Source: Patescibacteria group bacterium (GTDB taxonomy: Bacteria; Patescibacteriota; Microgenomatia; Levybacterales; UBA12049). From it: a DNA stretch of 64,000 nucleotides. The DNA lies in the NCBI GenBank assembly GCA_035510535.1, contig DATKGY010000041.1, positions 29,493 to 93,492 on the forward strand. The letters run 5' to 3'. Position 1 is the first letter of the stretch. The number at the start of each line of letters is the position of its first letter. This document shows positions 49,062-57,498 of this stretch, piece by piece. The notes beneath the pieces are model-generated. The model searched no databases and was not told the origin of the DNA. It worked only from the letters and a program-made list of their open reading frames with translations. Both the position numbers and the translations under genes were made by a program.

Positions 49062-50183
49062 ATGATTATCGGAATTGACGGAAATGAGGCTAATATCGAA
49101 AATAAAGTCGGCATCGGCGAATATGCTTACGAACTTATTTGTCAATTTTATCAGACTGTTTCGGAAAGAAAAGATCTTAAATTCAGAATTTATCTTAAAG
49201 ACAAGCCGCATCTAGACATGCCGGTGCCAACCGAAAATTGGCAGTATCAGATTGTCGGACCGAAAAAATTCTGGACGCAAATCGGTCTTCCCTTAAAACT
49301 TTTTATGGAAACGAAAAAGCCCGATGTATTTTTCAGCCCCAGCCACTACGCGCCCAGGTTTAGCCCTGTTCCAACCGCGATTTCGATTATGGACCTTTCC
49401 TACATTCACTTTCCCGAGCTTTTTACCAAACACGATTTGTATCAGCTTGTAAATTGGACCAAATATTCCGCCAAAAACGCCCGGAAAATATTCACGATTA
49501 GCAATTTCAGCCGGAATGATATAATAAAAACATATAAGAAAAATCTGGAAGACGTAATTACGACATATTTAGGAATCAAAGGAATTGAGAACTTAAGCAT
49601 CAAAACTCAAAATATGAATGATTTAAACAAGAAATTCGGAATTACAAAACCTTACATTTTATTCGTCGGGACGCTCCAGCCCCGAAAAAATATCGTTAAA
49701 TTGATTGAGGCTTTCTCGCTACTTAAAAATAAAGATACCGAGCTGGTAATTGTAGGGAAAAAAGGTTGGTTGTTTGAGGAGATTCTAGCAGCTCCCGAAA
49801 AATTTGGAGTTACAGAAAGAGTTAAATTTTTGGATTTTGTCGAAAACGAAGACTTACCAGGCTTATATAAAAACGCGCTGTGCTTTGTTTTGCCAAGTCT
49901 CTACGAGGGTTTTGGATTACCGGTTCTGGAAGCAATGAAATTTGGCTGCCCGACAGTTATCAGCGATACTTCCAGTCTGCCGGAGGTCGGCGGAGACGCG
50001 GCTTTATATTTTGATCCGCAAAGCGTGGATGACATTGCAAAAAAGCTTGAAACGGTAATCTCTGACGAAAAATTGCGAACCGAAATGATAAAAAAAGGTT
50101 ATAATCAAGCAAGGAAGTTTTCTTGGGAAAAAACAGCCAAAGAAACCTTGAAAGTTTTGGAGGAACTAGGAAATGCAAGATAA
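49062..50183 (+). CDS. GT4 glycosyltransferase (MtfB-like)
   Basis: IGIDG..VGIGEY, FVGTLQPRKN, LYEGFGLPVLEAM. Confidence 0.9.
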   Translation: MIIGIDGNEANIENKVGIGEYAYELICQFYQTVSERKDLKFRIYLKDKPHLDMPVPTENWQYQIVGPKKFWTQIGLPLKLFMETKKPDVFFSPSHYAPRFSPVPTAISIMDLSYIHFPELFTKHDLYQLVNWTKYSAKNARKIFTISNFSRNDIIKTYKKNLEDVITTYLGIKGIENLSIKTQNMNDLNKKFGITKPYILFVGTLQPRKNIVKLIEAFSLLKNKDTELVIVGKKGWLFEEILAAPEKFGVTERVKFLDFVENEDLPGLYKNALCFVLPSLYEGFGLPVLEAMKFGCPTVISDTSSLPEVGGDAALYFDPQSVDDIAKKLETVISDEKLRTEMIKKGYNQARKFSWEKTAKETLKVLEELGNAR

Positions 50184-50778
50184 AACAGGAAGAGTATTAT
50201 CAACACCGGAAATAATTAGAAAAATTATCATAAGAATAAGAACAATTTTTTGGGAGTTAATTTGCTGGAAGTTGGCAATTACGGGATATATTCCTTCGCA
50301 TTATTTAAGAAGATTTGTTTACCGGTTTTGGGGAATAAAAATCGGTAAGGGTTCAACTATTCACATGGGAGCGCACTTTTATTATCCCCCAAATATCTCA
50401 ATCGGACAGGACTCAATAATCGGCGAAAGGGTAGTTTTGGACGGAAGAGCGAAACTGACGATTGGTAATCACGTTGACATTGCCTCGGAAGTGATGATTT
50501 ATAACGCGCAACATGACGTAAGCGTAGAGCATTTTGCGGCGGTTGAAAATATTTCCCCAGAACCGGTAACGATCGAAGATTATGTTTTTATCGGACCAAG
50601 GGCAATAATTCTTCCCGGCGTCACTATTCACAAAGGTGCAGTGGTTGGAGCGGGTGCGGTGGTTACGAAAGACGTTGAGGAGTTTAAAATTGTCGGCGGT
50701 GTGCCGGCCAAAGAAATCGGCGAAAGGCAAAACAGAAATCCCAACTATAAACTTGGCCGGGCCGCATGGTTTAGGTAA
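50173..50778 (+). CDS. Hexapeptide-repeat O-acyltransferase
   Basis: IGKGSTI, IGNHVDIA, IEDYVFIG..AIILPGVTI..GAVVGAGAVVTKDV, GGVPAK. Confidence 0.88.
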   Translation: MQDKTGRVLSTPEIIRKIIIRIRTIFWELICWKLAITGYIPSHYLRRFVYRFWGIKIGKGSTIHMGAHFYYPPNISIGQDSIIGERVVLDGRAKLTIGNHVDIASEVMIYNAQHDVSVEHFAAVENISPEPVTIEDYVFIGPRAIILPGVTIHKGAVVGAGAVVTKDVEEFKIVGGVPAKEIGERQNRNPNYKLGRAAWFR

Positions 50779-50795
50779 CTTACAACGATTAGCTT

Positions 50796-51668
50796 ATGGA
50801 TTTGTCGATAATCATTTTGAGCTTTAACACCAAAGATACAACGATTAATTGCCTAAAGTCTATTGTCGACCAGTATCAAAGCGAATTAAAAAATAATCAA
50901 TTTGAAATAGTCCTCGTTGATAATAATTCATCGGACGACACCTTAGAAGCGGTCAGAAAACTTAACGTCCAGAACCTAAAGATAGCCGAAAGCAAAGAAA
51001 ACTTAGGATTTTCCAAGGGCTGTAATTTAGGCGCCAAAAGCTCAAAAGGAGAGTTTCTTTTATTCCTAAACTCGGATACGGAAATTAAAGATCAAGGGTT
51101 TACAAAGATGGTTGATTACCTCCGGAAAAATGAAAAGGTCGGCATTTTGGGCGGGGCGCTTCGTAACGAAGATGGGACCAGCCAACTATCAGTGGGGAAA
51201 TTTTACAATCTGTTTAATCTTTTTATTGCAATGGTTGGGCTAGAAAGACTTGGATTTTTACGGGAAAGCCCACATAAAATTAAGCAAGTAGATTGGGTAA
51301 GCGGGGCCAGCTTAATGATTAGTAAAAAATTATTTGAAAAAATTGGGGGATTTGAAAAAGAGCTGTTTATGTACGCCGAAGATATGGAGCTTTGTTATCG
51401 GGCCAAAAAGAAGGGTTTTCTAACTTATTTTTATCCGGAGGTAACGCTTTTCCATAAAGAAAGGGGCAGCAGCAACCGGACTTTTGCAATACTAAATATC
51501 TATAAAGGGATTTTGTTTTTTTACAAAAAATATAAACCCGATTGGCAGTTTAAAATTGCCAAGCTGATACTTTTCTCAAAAGCATCAGCGCTTGCAAGTT
51601 TAGGTAAAATTATGAATAATAGATACTTAAGGGAAACATATTCGCAAGCCCTAAAAATAAAACTATGA
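50796..51668 (+). CDS. GT2 glycosyltransferase (WbbL-like)
   Basis: SFNTK, VDNNSSD, NLGFSKGCN, FLNSD, WVSGA, FMYAED. Confidence 0.88.
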   Translation: MDLSIIILSFNTKDTTINCLKSIVDQYQSELKNNQFEIVLVDNNSSDDTLEAVRKLNVQNLKIAESKENLGFSKGCNLGAKSSKGEFLLFLNSDTEIKDQGFTKMVDYLRKNEKVGILGGALRNEDGTSQLSVGKFYNLFNLFIAMVGLERLGFLRESPHKIKQVDWVSGASLMISKKLFEKIGGFEKELFMYAEDMELCYRAKKKGFLTYFYPEVTLFHKERGSSNRTFAILNIYKGILFFYKKYKPDWQFKIAKLILFSKASALASLGKIMNNRYLRETYSQALKIKL

Positions 51669-54600
51669 AAAAGATTTTTACGTGGATTTGGGAAAATATT
51701 TTATTCCTTGAAACATTACTGCTGCTTATTTTTATTCCGCTTTATCCTAAACTTCCCCTGATTAATGTTAGAAATACCTGGGTTTATGTCAGGGCGGACG
51801 ATTTCGTAGTTCTTTTTGTCTTATTATCCTGGCTGGTTTTGCTGTTCCGGAAAAAAATATCCCTCAAAACACCTCTGACGATCCCAATACTTATTTTCTG
51901 GATTATCGGCGCGGTGGCGACAACGCACGGAGTGCTATTGATTTTTCCAACCCTGGCTAACGTTTTTCCAAACGTGGCATTTTTAAGTCTCTTGCGTCAT
52001 ATCGAGTACATGAGCTTATTCTTTGTCGCCTACCAGGGGATGAAGGATAAAAGATTATTGCCGGTTGTGATAGGCGTTGTGACTATTACGCTCCTTGGTG
52101 TAATCGGCTACGGTTTTGGGCAAAGATATCTTGAGTTTCCCGCCTTTTTAACAATGAATGAGCAGTTTGCTAAAGGCGCGCCAATAATACTGTCTCAGTT
52201 ATCCAGGATTCCGTCCACTTTTGCGGGGCAATACGATTTGGCCGCATATCTTGTTTTGGTAATTCCGATTTTGGCCAGTCTTTTCTTTGGTTTTAAAAAT
52301 TGGCTAATCAAGCTTTCACTTTTGGCAACATCTGCCTTGGGTTTTGTCCTTTTACTGATGACGGTATCCAGAATATCTTTTTTTGCTCTTTTAGCGGCTC
52401 TTTTTATCATCTTATTCTTCCAGAAGAAGAAAATTATTTTATTTGCGGTACCAATAATAGCGCTTCTGGCAGTTTTAGTTATTAGTTTTCAGCCGACCCT
52501 TTTAAATCGCTTCCAAAGCACAGTTAAGGAGACAGATGTCTTAGTGGATGCCAAGACGGGAGATTCAATCGGCAATCTTCAATATGTTCCGGCAGCATAT
52601 TTTAAAGATAAAATTATCCTGCGGAAAGCAGTTAAAGACAGGGAAGAGCTAATAAACGCCATTACAACGGAAAACGGAACAAACGGAGCATCCTCCTCGG
52701 CAATAATACCTTTTAAACTGCTTCCGCCCGAAGTTCCGCTGGTTTTATCCGCCAACACCTCCACCGGAGAAAATCTTCCTTCAGGCACCGGTTACATTAA
52801 TCTTGCTTTGTCTCCCGTGGTAGAGAAGTTGGACAGCTTTTATTACGAACTTCCGCCCGAAGTTAAAGCGTCTTTTTCCGCCCAGGTGCTGGTGCTTAAC
52901 GGAGATTTTGTCGTTAAGAGGGCGGCCGCGTACGATCTTTCTTTTACGACCCGGTTTCAAGGGGAATGGCCCAACGCTCTTTTGGCTTTTCAGCGCAATA
53001 TCTTAGTTGGTAGCGGTTATGGGTCGGTGAGTTTGGCCGTTGACAATAATTATTTCAGGATGCTAGCCGAAACCGGTCTTTTGGGTTTTATCTCCTTTTT
53101 GATGATATTTTTATCTTTAGGTATCTATATTGGGAAGATATTTCCGGATATTGAATCAAAACTGGCTAAAAGTTTCATTTTGGGTTTCGCCGCAGGCGTT
53201 GTCGGACTGGCTCTTAACGCGACGTTAATAGACGTTTTTGAGGCTTCTAAGGTTGCTTATACCCTATGGCTTTTGTGCGGAGTAGTTTTTGGCGTGTTGG
53301 TTTTATATCAAAAGACCGCCTTTAATCTTTTGACCGAATTAAAAAAAGTCGCTACTTCAGCTTACGCCGTCATTACTTACCTTCTATTTTTCAGTATAGT
53401 TTTGTTTTTCCCATCACTAGGGAACTTTTTTATCGGAGACGATTTCACCTGGTTTCGCTGGGCCGCGGACCATCCCCGCAATAGTTCTCTTATCAGTATT
53501 TTAGCAAGCTATTTTACAGATGCCAACGGATTTTTCTACAGGCCGGGTACCAAAATCTATTTCTTCCTGATGTATTCAAACTTCTGGCTTAATCAGGTTG
53601 TTTATCACGCCGTGTCAATCTGCTTGCATTTTATCGTGGCCGCGCTCTTTTTCCTGCTGGCCAAAAAAGTCCTCAAAAACAATTTACTGGCGGTTTTGGC
53701 GGCTTTTCTTTTCCTACTGATGAGCGGACCCGTAGAGGCAATTTATTGGATTTCCGCGACGGGGTTTTTGTTTACCTCTGTTTTTGCGCTTGCGAGTCTC
53801 TTATTCTTTATTTGGTGGGATGAAAAAAGAAAAGTTATTTATTATCTGGCGTCGTTAGTTTCTTTATCTTTAGGACTTCTTTTCCACGAGATGGGAGTAA
53901 TAATTCCGCTTTTAATTGTCGCCTATGGTTTTAAAGAGGATATGTCGTGGTCTTTCCTGAAAAAGATTGTCAGAAGAGTGGATTATCTCTTGCTGTTTGT
54001 TCCGATTCTAGCTTATCTCTTACTGCGTTTGCTGGCTCACAGTCATTGGACAGGAGGGGATTACAATTATGATTTATTAAAGTTACCCTTCAATTTTGTC
54101 GGCAACGCTTTGGGCTACATTTCTCTTATTTTAGTTGGTCAAGTATCTCTGCCTTTCTACGAAGTAATTAGAAATATTCTAAAGGAAAATATCCTATTAG
54201 CAATAATCTTAACGGTTTTAGGAATTGTGGCTTTAGTTTTTGCCAGTAGAAAACTTCCTAGAATCTTTGAGAAGAAAGAAAGAGGCATCATTGTTTTTGG
54301 ATTCCTGTTTTTCATTATTTCCCTACTGCCGTTTTTGGGTTTGGGTAATATCACCTCAAGATATAGCTATCTGGCGTCTCTTGGTTTAATCCTGATTTTT
54401 GTAGTCGTCATTAAAAAAATATTTGATTATTTGCTAACTAACGGAAAAGAAATTGCTTTTACGGCGATGGCGGTTTTCGTATTGGTTTTTTCTCTTTTCC
54501 ATATTATCCAGTTGCAGCAAGCGTATTTTGACTGGAGCGGTGCGGGCGTGAAAGTGCAAAACTTTTTTGTATCGATAGACGATTTATATAAAGCGTCTTG

Positions 54601-54841
54601 GGGAAATGCTCCGGTTAATTTGCATTTTGTTAACGTACCGATAAAGTACGGTGATGCCTGGGTTTTCCCTGTCGGGCTTAACGACGCTGTTTGGTTTGCT
54701 TTTAAAAATGATCAAACAAAGGTGTCTATTCATAACGATTTGCAATCTACCTTGCAACAAGTTCAATCTTCTCCCACCACTAGCATTTTGCAATTTAACG
54801 ACGATGGCAGTGTTTCGGAAATAAACAACTATCCAAAATAA
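51665..54841 (+). CDS. Fusion: O-antigen-ligase (Wzy_C/WaaL)-like domain plus TMTC-like GT-C domain
   Basis: N half: TVSRISF, TRFQGEW..A..AF..N.LVGSGYG, VDNNYFRMLAETGLLG. C half: FIGDDFTW, FYRP, YHAVSICLH, FHEMG, RYSYLAS. Confidence 0.72.
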   Translation: MKKIFTWIWENILFLETLLLLIFIPLYPKLPLINVRNTWVYVRADDFVVLFVLLSWLVLLFRKKISLKTPLTIPILIFWIIGAVATTHGVLLIFPTLANVFPNVAFLSLLRHIEYMSLFFVAYQGMKDKRLLPVVIGVVTITLLGVIGYGFGQRYLEFPAFLTMNEQFAKGAPIILSQLSRIPSTFAGQYDLAAYLVLVIPILASLFFGFKNWLIKLSLLATSALGFVLLLMTVSRISFFALLAALFIILFFQKKKIILFAVPIIALLAVLVISFQPTLLNRFQSTVKETDVLVDAKTGDSIGNLQYVPAAYFKDKIILRKAVKDREELINAITTENGTNGASSSAIIPFKLLPPEVPLVLSANTSTGENLPSGTGYINLALSPVVEKLDSFYYELPPEVKASFSAQVLVLNGDFVVKRAAAYDLSFTTRFQGEWPNALLAFQRNILVGSGYGSVSLAVDNNYFRMLAETGLLGFISFLMIFLSLGIYIGKIFPDIESKLAKSFILGFAAGVVGLALNATLIDVFEASKVAYTLWLLCGVVFGVLVLYQKTAFNLLTELKKVATSAYAVITYLLFFSIVLFFPSLGNFFIGDDFTWFRWAADHPRNSSLISILASYFTDANGFFYRPGTKIYFFLMYSNFWLNQVVYHAVSICLHFIVAALFFLLAKKVLKNNLLAVLAAFLFLLMSGPVEAIYWISATGFLFTSVFALASLLFFIWWDEKRKVIYYLASLVSLSLGLLFHEMGVIIPLLIVAYGFKEDMSWSFLKKIVRRVDYLLLFVPILAYLLLRLLAHSHWTGGDYNYDLLKLPFNFVGNALGYISLILVGQVSLPFYEVIRNILKENILLAIILTVLGIVALVFASRKLPRIFEKKERGIIVFGFLFFIISLLPFLGLGNITSRYSYLASLGLILIFVVVIKKIFDYLLTNGKEIAFTAMAVFVLVFSLFHIIQLQQAYFDWSGAGVKVQNFFVSIDDLYKASWGNAPVNLHFVNVPIKYGDAWVFPVGLNDAVWFAFKNDQTKVSIHNDLQSTLQQVQSSPTTSILQFNDDGSVSEINNYPK

Positions 54842-54940
54842 GCATAGGGAATGATAAGAACTAGAAAAAGTTCCATGTCCGAGTCCAGCCTTCGGAGTTG
54901 TGTAGCCTCAAATATATAGTGAGTAACATGGTGGGGTAAA

Positions 54941-54949
54941 TGATATAAT
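54941..54949 (+). promoter_or_regulatory. Extended -10 (TGaTATAAT), 6 nt before the toxin ATG; leaderless-type
   Basis: tga tataat tggtta ATG. Confidence 0.6.
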
Positions 54950-54955
54950 TGGTTA

Positions 54956-55285
54956 ATGAACTGGAATATTTTATTATTCGAAACACAAAGAGGCGAAAAA
55001 CCAGTTGAGGAGTTTATAATTTCAAAATCTCCGCAGGCTAAAGCAAAAATTGCGCATCTGATTAATCTCCTTGAAATTCATGGAAATATTTTAGGCATGC
55101 CACATAGCAAGCAACTGACGAAAGGTCTATATGAGTTAAGAATTAGAGGTAAAGAAGAAATACGCATTTTATACTGCTTTAAAGAGAAAGATGTTTATTT
55201 GCTTCATGGATTTAAAAAACAAACCCAAAAGACGCCTAGTAAGGAAATAGCTATAGCTTTAAAGCGAATAAGACTATTGACATAA
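54956..55285 (+). CDS. higB: RelE/HigB-family toxin (Gp49/DUF891-like)
   Basis: G.KPVEEFI, MPHSKQL..GLYELR, RILY, LLHGFKKQTQKTP..EI..A. Confidence 0.85.
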   Translation: MNWNILLFETQRGEKPVEEFIISKSPQAKAKIAHLINLLEIHGNILGMPHSKQLTKGLYELRIRGKEEIRILYCFKEKDVYLLHGFKKQTQKTPSKEIAIALKRIRLLT

Positions 55286-55305
55286 TATAACATATATGTT
55301 ATATT
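55277..55305 (+). promoter_or_regulatory. Antitoxin promoter TTGACA-N17-TATATT with a perfect 22-bp palindromic operator
   Basis: TTGACA 55277-82, TATATT 55300-05, palindrome AATATAACATA|TATGTTATATT 55284-55305; ATG 6 nt after the -10. Confidence 0.8.
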
Positions 55306-55311
55306 CATATT

Positions 55312-55584
55312 ATGAAAGACTGGAAGACATTTAAAAAAGAACTATTAAAGGATAAGGAGGTTGCAAAAGAATATAACAAGCTTGCTCCACGTTATGCTAT
55401 CATCTCTCAATTAATTGCTGCGAGACAGAAAGCTGGATTTACTCAAAAGGAACTTGCAAATAAACTAGGTACTAAGCAATCTGCTATTGCTAGACTTGAA
55501 GCTGGTAATACTAATCCATCCATAGGTTTTTTAGAGAAAATAGCCTCAGCCATGAGCACAACTCTTACTATTCAACTTCAATAA
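55312..55584 (+). CDS. higA: XRE-family HTH antitoxin (HigA-like)
   Basis: RQKAGFTQKELANKLGTKQSAIARLEAG..NPS; follows the toxin. Confidence 0.85.
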   Translation: MKDWKTFKKELLKDKEVAKEYNKLAPRYAIISQLIAARQKAGFTQKELANKLGTKQSAIARLEAGNTNPSIGFLEKIASAMSTTLTIQLQ

Positions 55585-55637
55585 AATTAGCAAAACAGGT
55601 TTGTATAATCTCTTTTAGAGAAAGGTATACTGAAAAC

Positions 55638-55706
55638 GAAGAGCCAGTGAAAACAGGTTTCGGGATAGTATTCGTACTATGCTCACCGTTAGAGCAACTG
55701 GTCTTC
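55638..55706 (+). ncRNA. Candidate small structured RNA (unknown family)
   Basis: Outer stem GAAGA(G)CCAGT/ACTGGTCTTC, inner GGT..GGG-ATAGTA-TTCG-TACTAT-G-CTC-ACC with UUCG loop; starts 6 nt after a TATACT (55626-31). Confidence 0.4.
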
Positions 55707-55724
55707 AAAGGTAAGTAAAAAGCG

Positions 55725-55860
55725 ATCTATTATGGAGCAGAGATTCCCGTCACTGAGCTGGAGAGCGAAGGGACGGGCGTGAATGCCTGGACAAGCGAAG
55801 TTTGAGTTATAAGAGTACCACGTTAGCGAGCTAAAGCGAATGGACGTGGGTATCCATTAT
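55725..55860. mobile_element. Twin-hairpin element resembling a non-autonomous IS200/IS605-type (PATE/REP-like) remnant; boundaries approximate
   Basis: Hairpins CCCGTC..GACGGG (55746-77) and CCACGT..ACGTGG (55818-49), both topped by GA-GC-loop-GC-GA; no transposase. Confidence 0.45.
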
Positions 55861-55900
55861 ATTATCGTTATGAAGGTTTCTTGCAGAATAGTTGGTGGAA

Positions 55901-55929
55901 TTGATAATACCCCGATAATGAACTAAAAT
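55901..55929 (+). promoter_or_regulatory. Promoter TTGATA-N17-TAAAAT, 7 nt before ATG 55937; leaderless-type
   Basis: -35 at 55901-06, -10 at 55924-29. Confidence 0.6.
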
Positions 55930-55936
55930 AACATTG

Positions 55937-57379
55937 ATGAATAAACTGAAGTTTGGTTTATTGGTTGGTATCCTAATCCTCGGTTTTGCCGTCAGACTTT
56001 ACAAATTTAACAGTCCGATTGCCGACTGGCATAGTTGGCGTCAGGCCGATACGTCTTCTGTCTCGCGTAATTTTGTCAGTACTGGATTTGATCTTTTGCA
56101 TCCGCGGTTTGACGATTTGTCCAATGTCCCTTCGAATAAATACGATAACCCCCAAGGATACAGATTTGTCGAGTTTCCAGTCTATAACGTGATGCAGGCC
56201 GGTCTATTCATAATGTTAGGGCACATAACCATTGAACAATGGGGGAGAATGGTGACCATATTTTGCTCTTTATTTTCAGCAGTATTTTTGTATTTAATAG
56301 TTAAGAAACGGGAAGGTTTTTTAACCGGCTTGCTGGCCGCTTTTTTCTTCGTGTTTTTGCCTTTTAACATTTATTATTCGCGGACGATATTGCCTGATCC
56401 TTTAATGGCGACTTTTATTTTGGGGGCAATTTACTATTTTGATTTATGGCTTACCGCAAAATCAAAACTTCAATTGCTGCTATTTTTTGTTTTGACCTGT
56501 ATTTTTTCCGCGGGCGCGTTTTTAATCAAACCTTTTGCGGGGTTCTTTATGCTGCCGATGCTTTATTTGGCTTTTGAAAAATACGGCTTCAATTTAATCA
56601 AAAAATGGCAATTGTGGCTTTTGGCGATTGTAGCTCTTTTACCTTTTGGAGCGTGGAGATTATGGATGCAGCAATATCCGGCCGGTATTCCGCAAAGCTG
56701 GTGGCTTTTTAACGGTAGTAATATCCGTTTTAAGGGCGCGTTTTTTCAATGGCTATTTGCGCAAAGAATTGGTGAAATGATCTTAGGCTACTGGGGATTG
56801 GTTCTTTTCGGTTTGGGGCTGATTTTTGTCAAAAAGAAGAACTACCTATTTTTCGTCTCCTTTTTGGTAGCATCGCTTCTTTATCTATTCGTGGTTGCTA
56901 CTGGCAACGTTCAGCATGATTATTACCAAATCCCGATTATCCCTTCACTGGCAATATTCTTGGGAATCGGCAGCGCTTTTCTCATTAATCCGGCTAAGGA
57001 AATAATCAGCCGCTACAAAACTGTTCCAATTTTAATTATTGCAGTTTTATTTATGTTTGCTTTTAGCTGGTTCGCGGTGAGAGCCTTCTACGACATTGAT
57101 AATCCGGCAATTATTGTGGCCGGTGCCGCTGTGGACAAGCTGACGCCGAAAAATGCCAAAGTAATCGCCAATTATAACGGGGACACATCGTTTCTCTACC
57201 AAACAAAAAGAAAAGGATGGGCCAGTTTTGAAAAGGGATTACCACAAATGGTTCAGATGGGCGCGGATTATTTAGCGCTTATTAATCCAACTCCCGCCGA
57301 TATCCATTTAGGTACGCTGTATAAAATAATTGCTCAAACACCGCAATACATAATTTTTGACTTAAGACAAAAACCATGA
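55937..57379 (+). CDS. ArnT/PMT-like GT-C glycosyltransferase
   Basis: AVRLY...WHSWRQADT..SRNF, EFPVYN, YYSRTILPD, LIKP, HDYYQ. Confidence 0.83.
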   Translation: MNKLKFGLLVGILILGFAVRLYKFNSPIADWHSWRQADTSSVSRNFVSTGFDLLHPRFDDLSNVPSNKYDNPQGYRFVEFPVYNVMQAGLFIMLGHITIEQWGRMVTIFCSLFSAVFLYLIVKKREGFLTGLLAAFFFVFLPFNIYYSRTILPDPLMATFILGAIYYFDLWLTAKSKLQLLLFFVLTCIFSAGAFLIKPFAGFFMLPMLYLAFEKYGFNLIKKWQLWLLAIVALLPFGAWRLWMQQYPAGIPQSWWLFNGSNIRFKGAFFQWLFAQRIGEMILGYWGLVLFGLGLIFVKKKNYLFFVSFLVASLLYLFVVATGNVQHDYYQIPIIPSLAIFLGIGSAFLINPAKEIISRYKTVPILIIAVLFMFAFSWFAVRAFYDIDNPAIIVAGAAVDKLTPKNAKVIANYNGDTSFLYQTKRKGWASFEKGLPQMVQMGADYLALINPTPADIHLGTLYKIIAQTPQYIIFDLRQKP

Positions 57380-57498
57380 TCCCGTTAAAGACCGATTAAA
57401 CGATATCTAAAATGTTAAGCTTAAAAAATATCGATATAATAAATAACAACAGAAAGGATTTACGCAAGCGTTATGAACGCTCGCTGTCTTTAACGGGA
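57380..57498. mobile_element. 119-bp MITE with 13-bp perfect TIRs and a 3-bp TGA target duplication
   Basis: TCCCGTTAAAGAC (57380-92) and GTCTTTAACGGGA (57486-98); TGA at 57377-79 and 57499-501; removal restores an ATGA stop/start overlap. Confidence 0.8.

Noticed and set aside
55650-55700. CAGG...AGCA as SRP RNA helix 8
   Set aside because: The motifs are too far apart and there is no GNRA-capped short stem.
55585-55933. attC site, CRISPR array, tRNA or hammerhead ribozyme in the structured intergenic region
   Set aside because: No RYYYAAC/GTTRRRY pair, no repeat-spacer pattern, no cloverleaf and no CUGAnGA/GAAA core.
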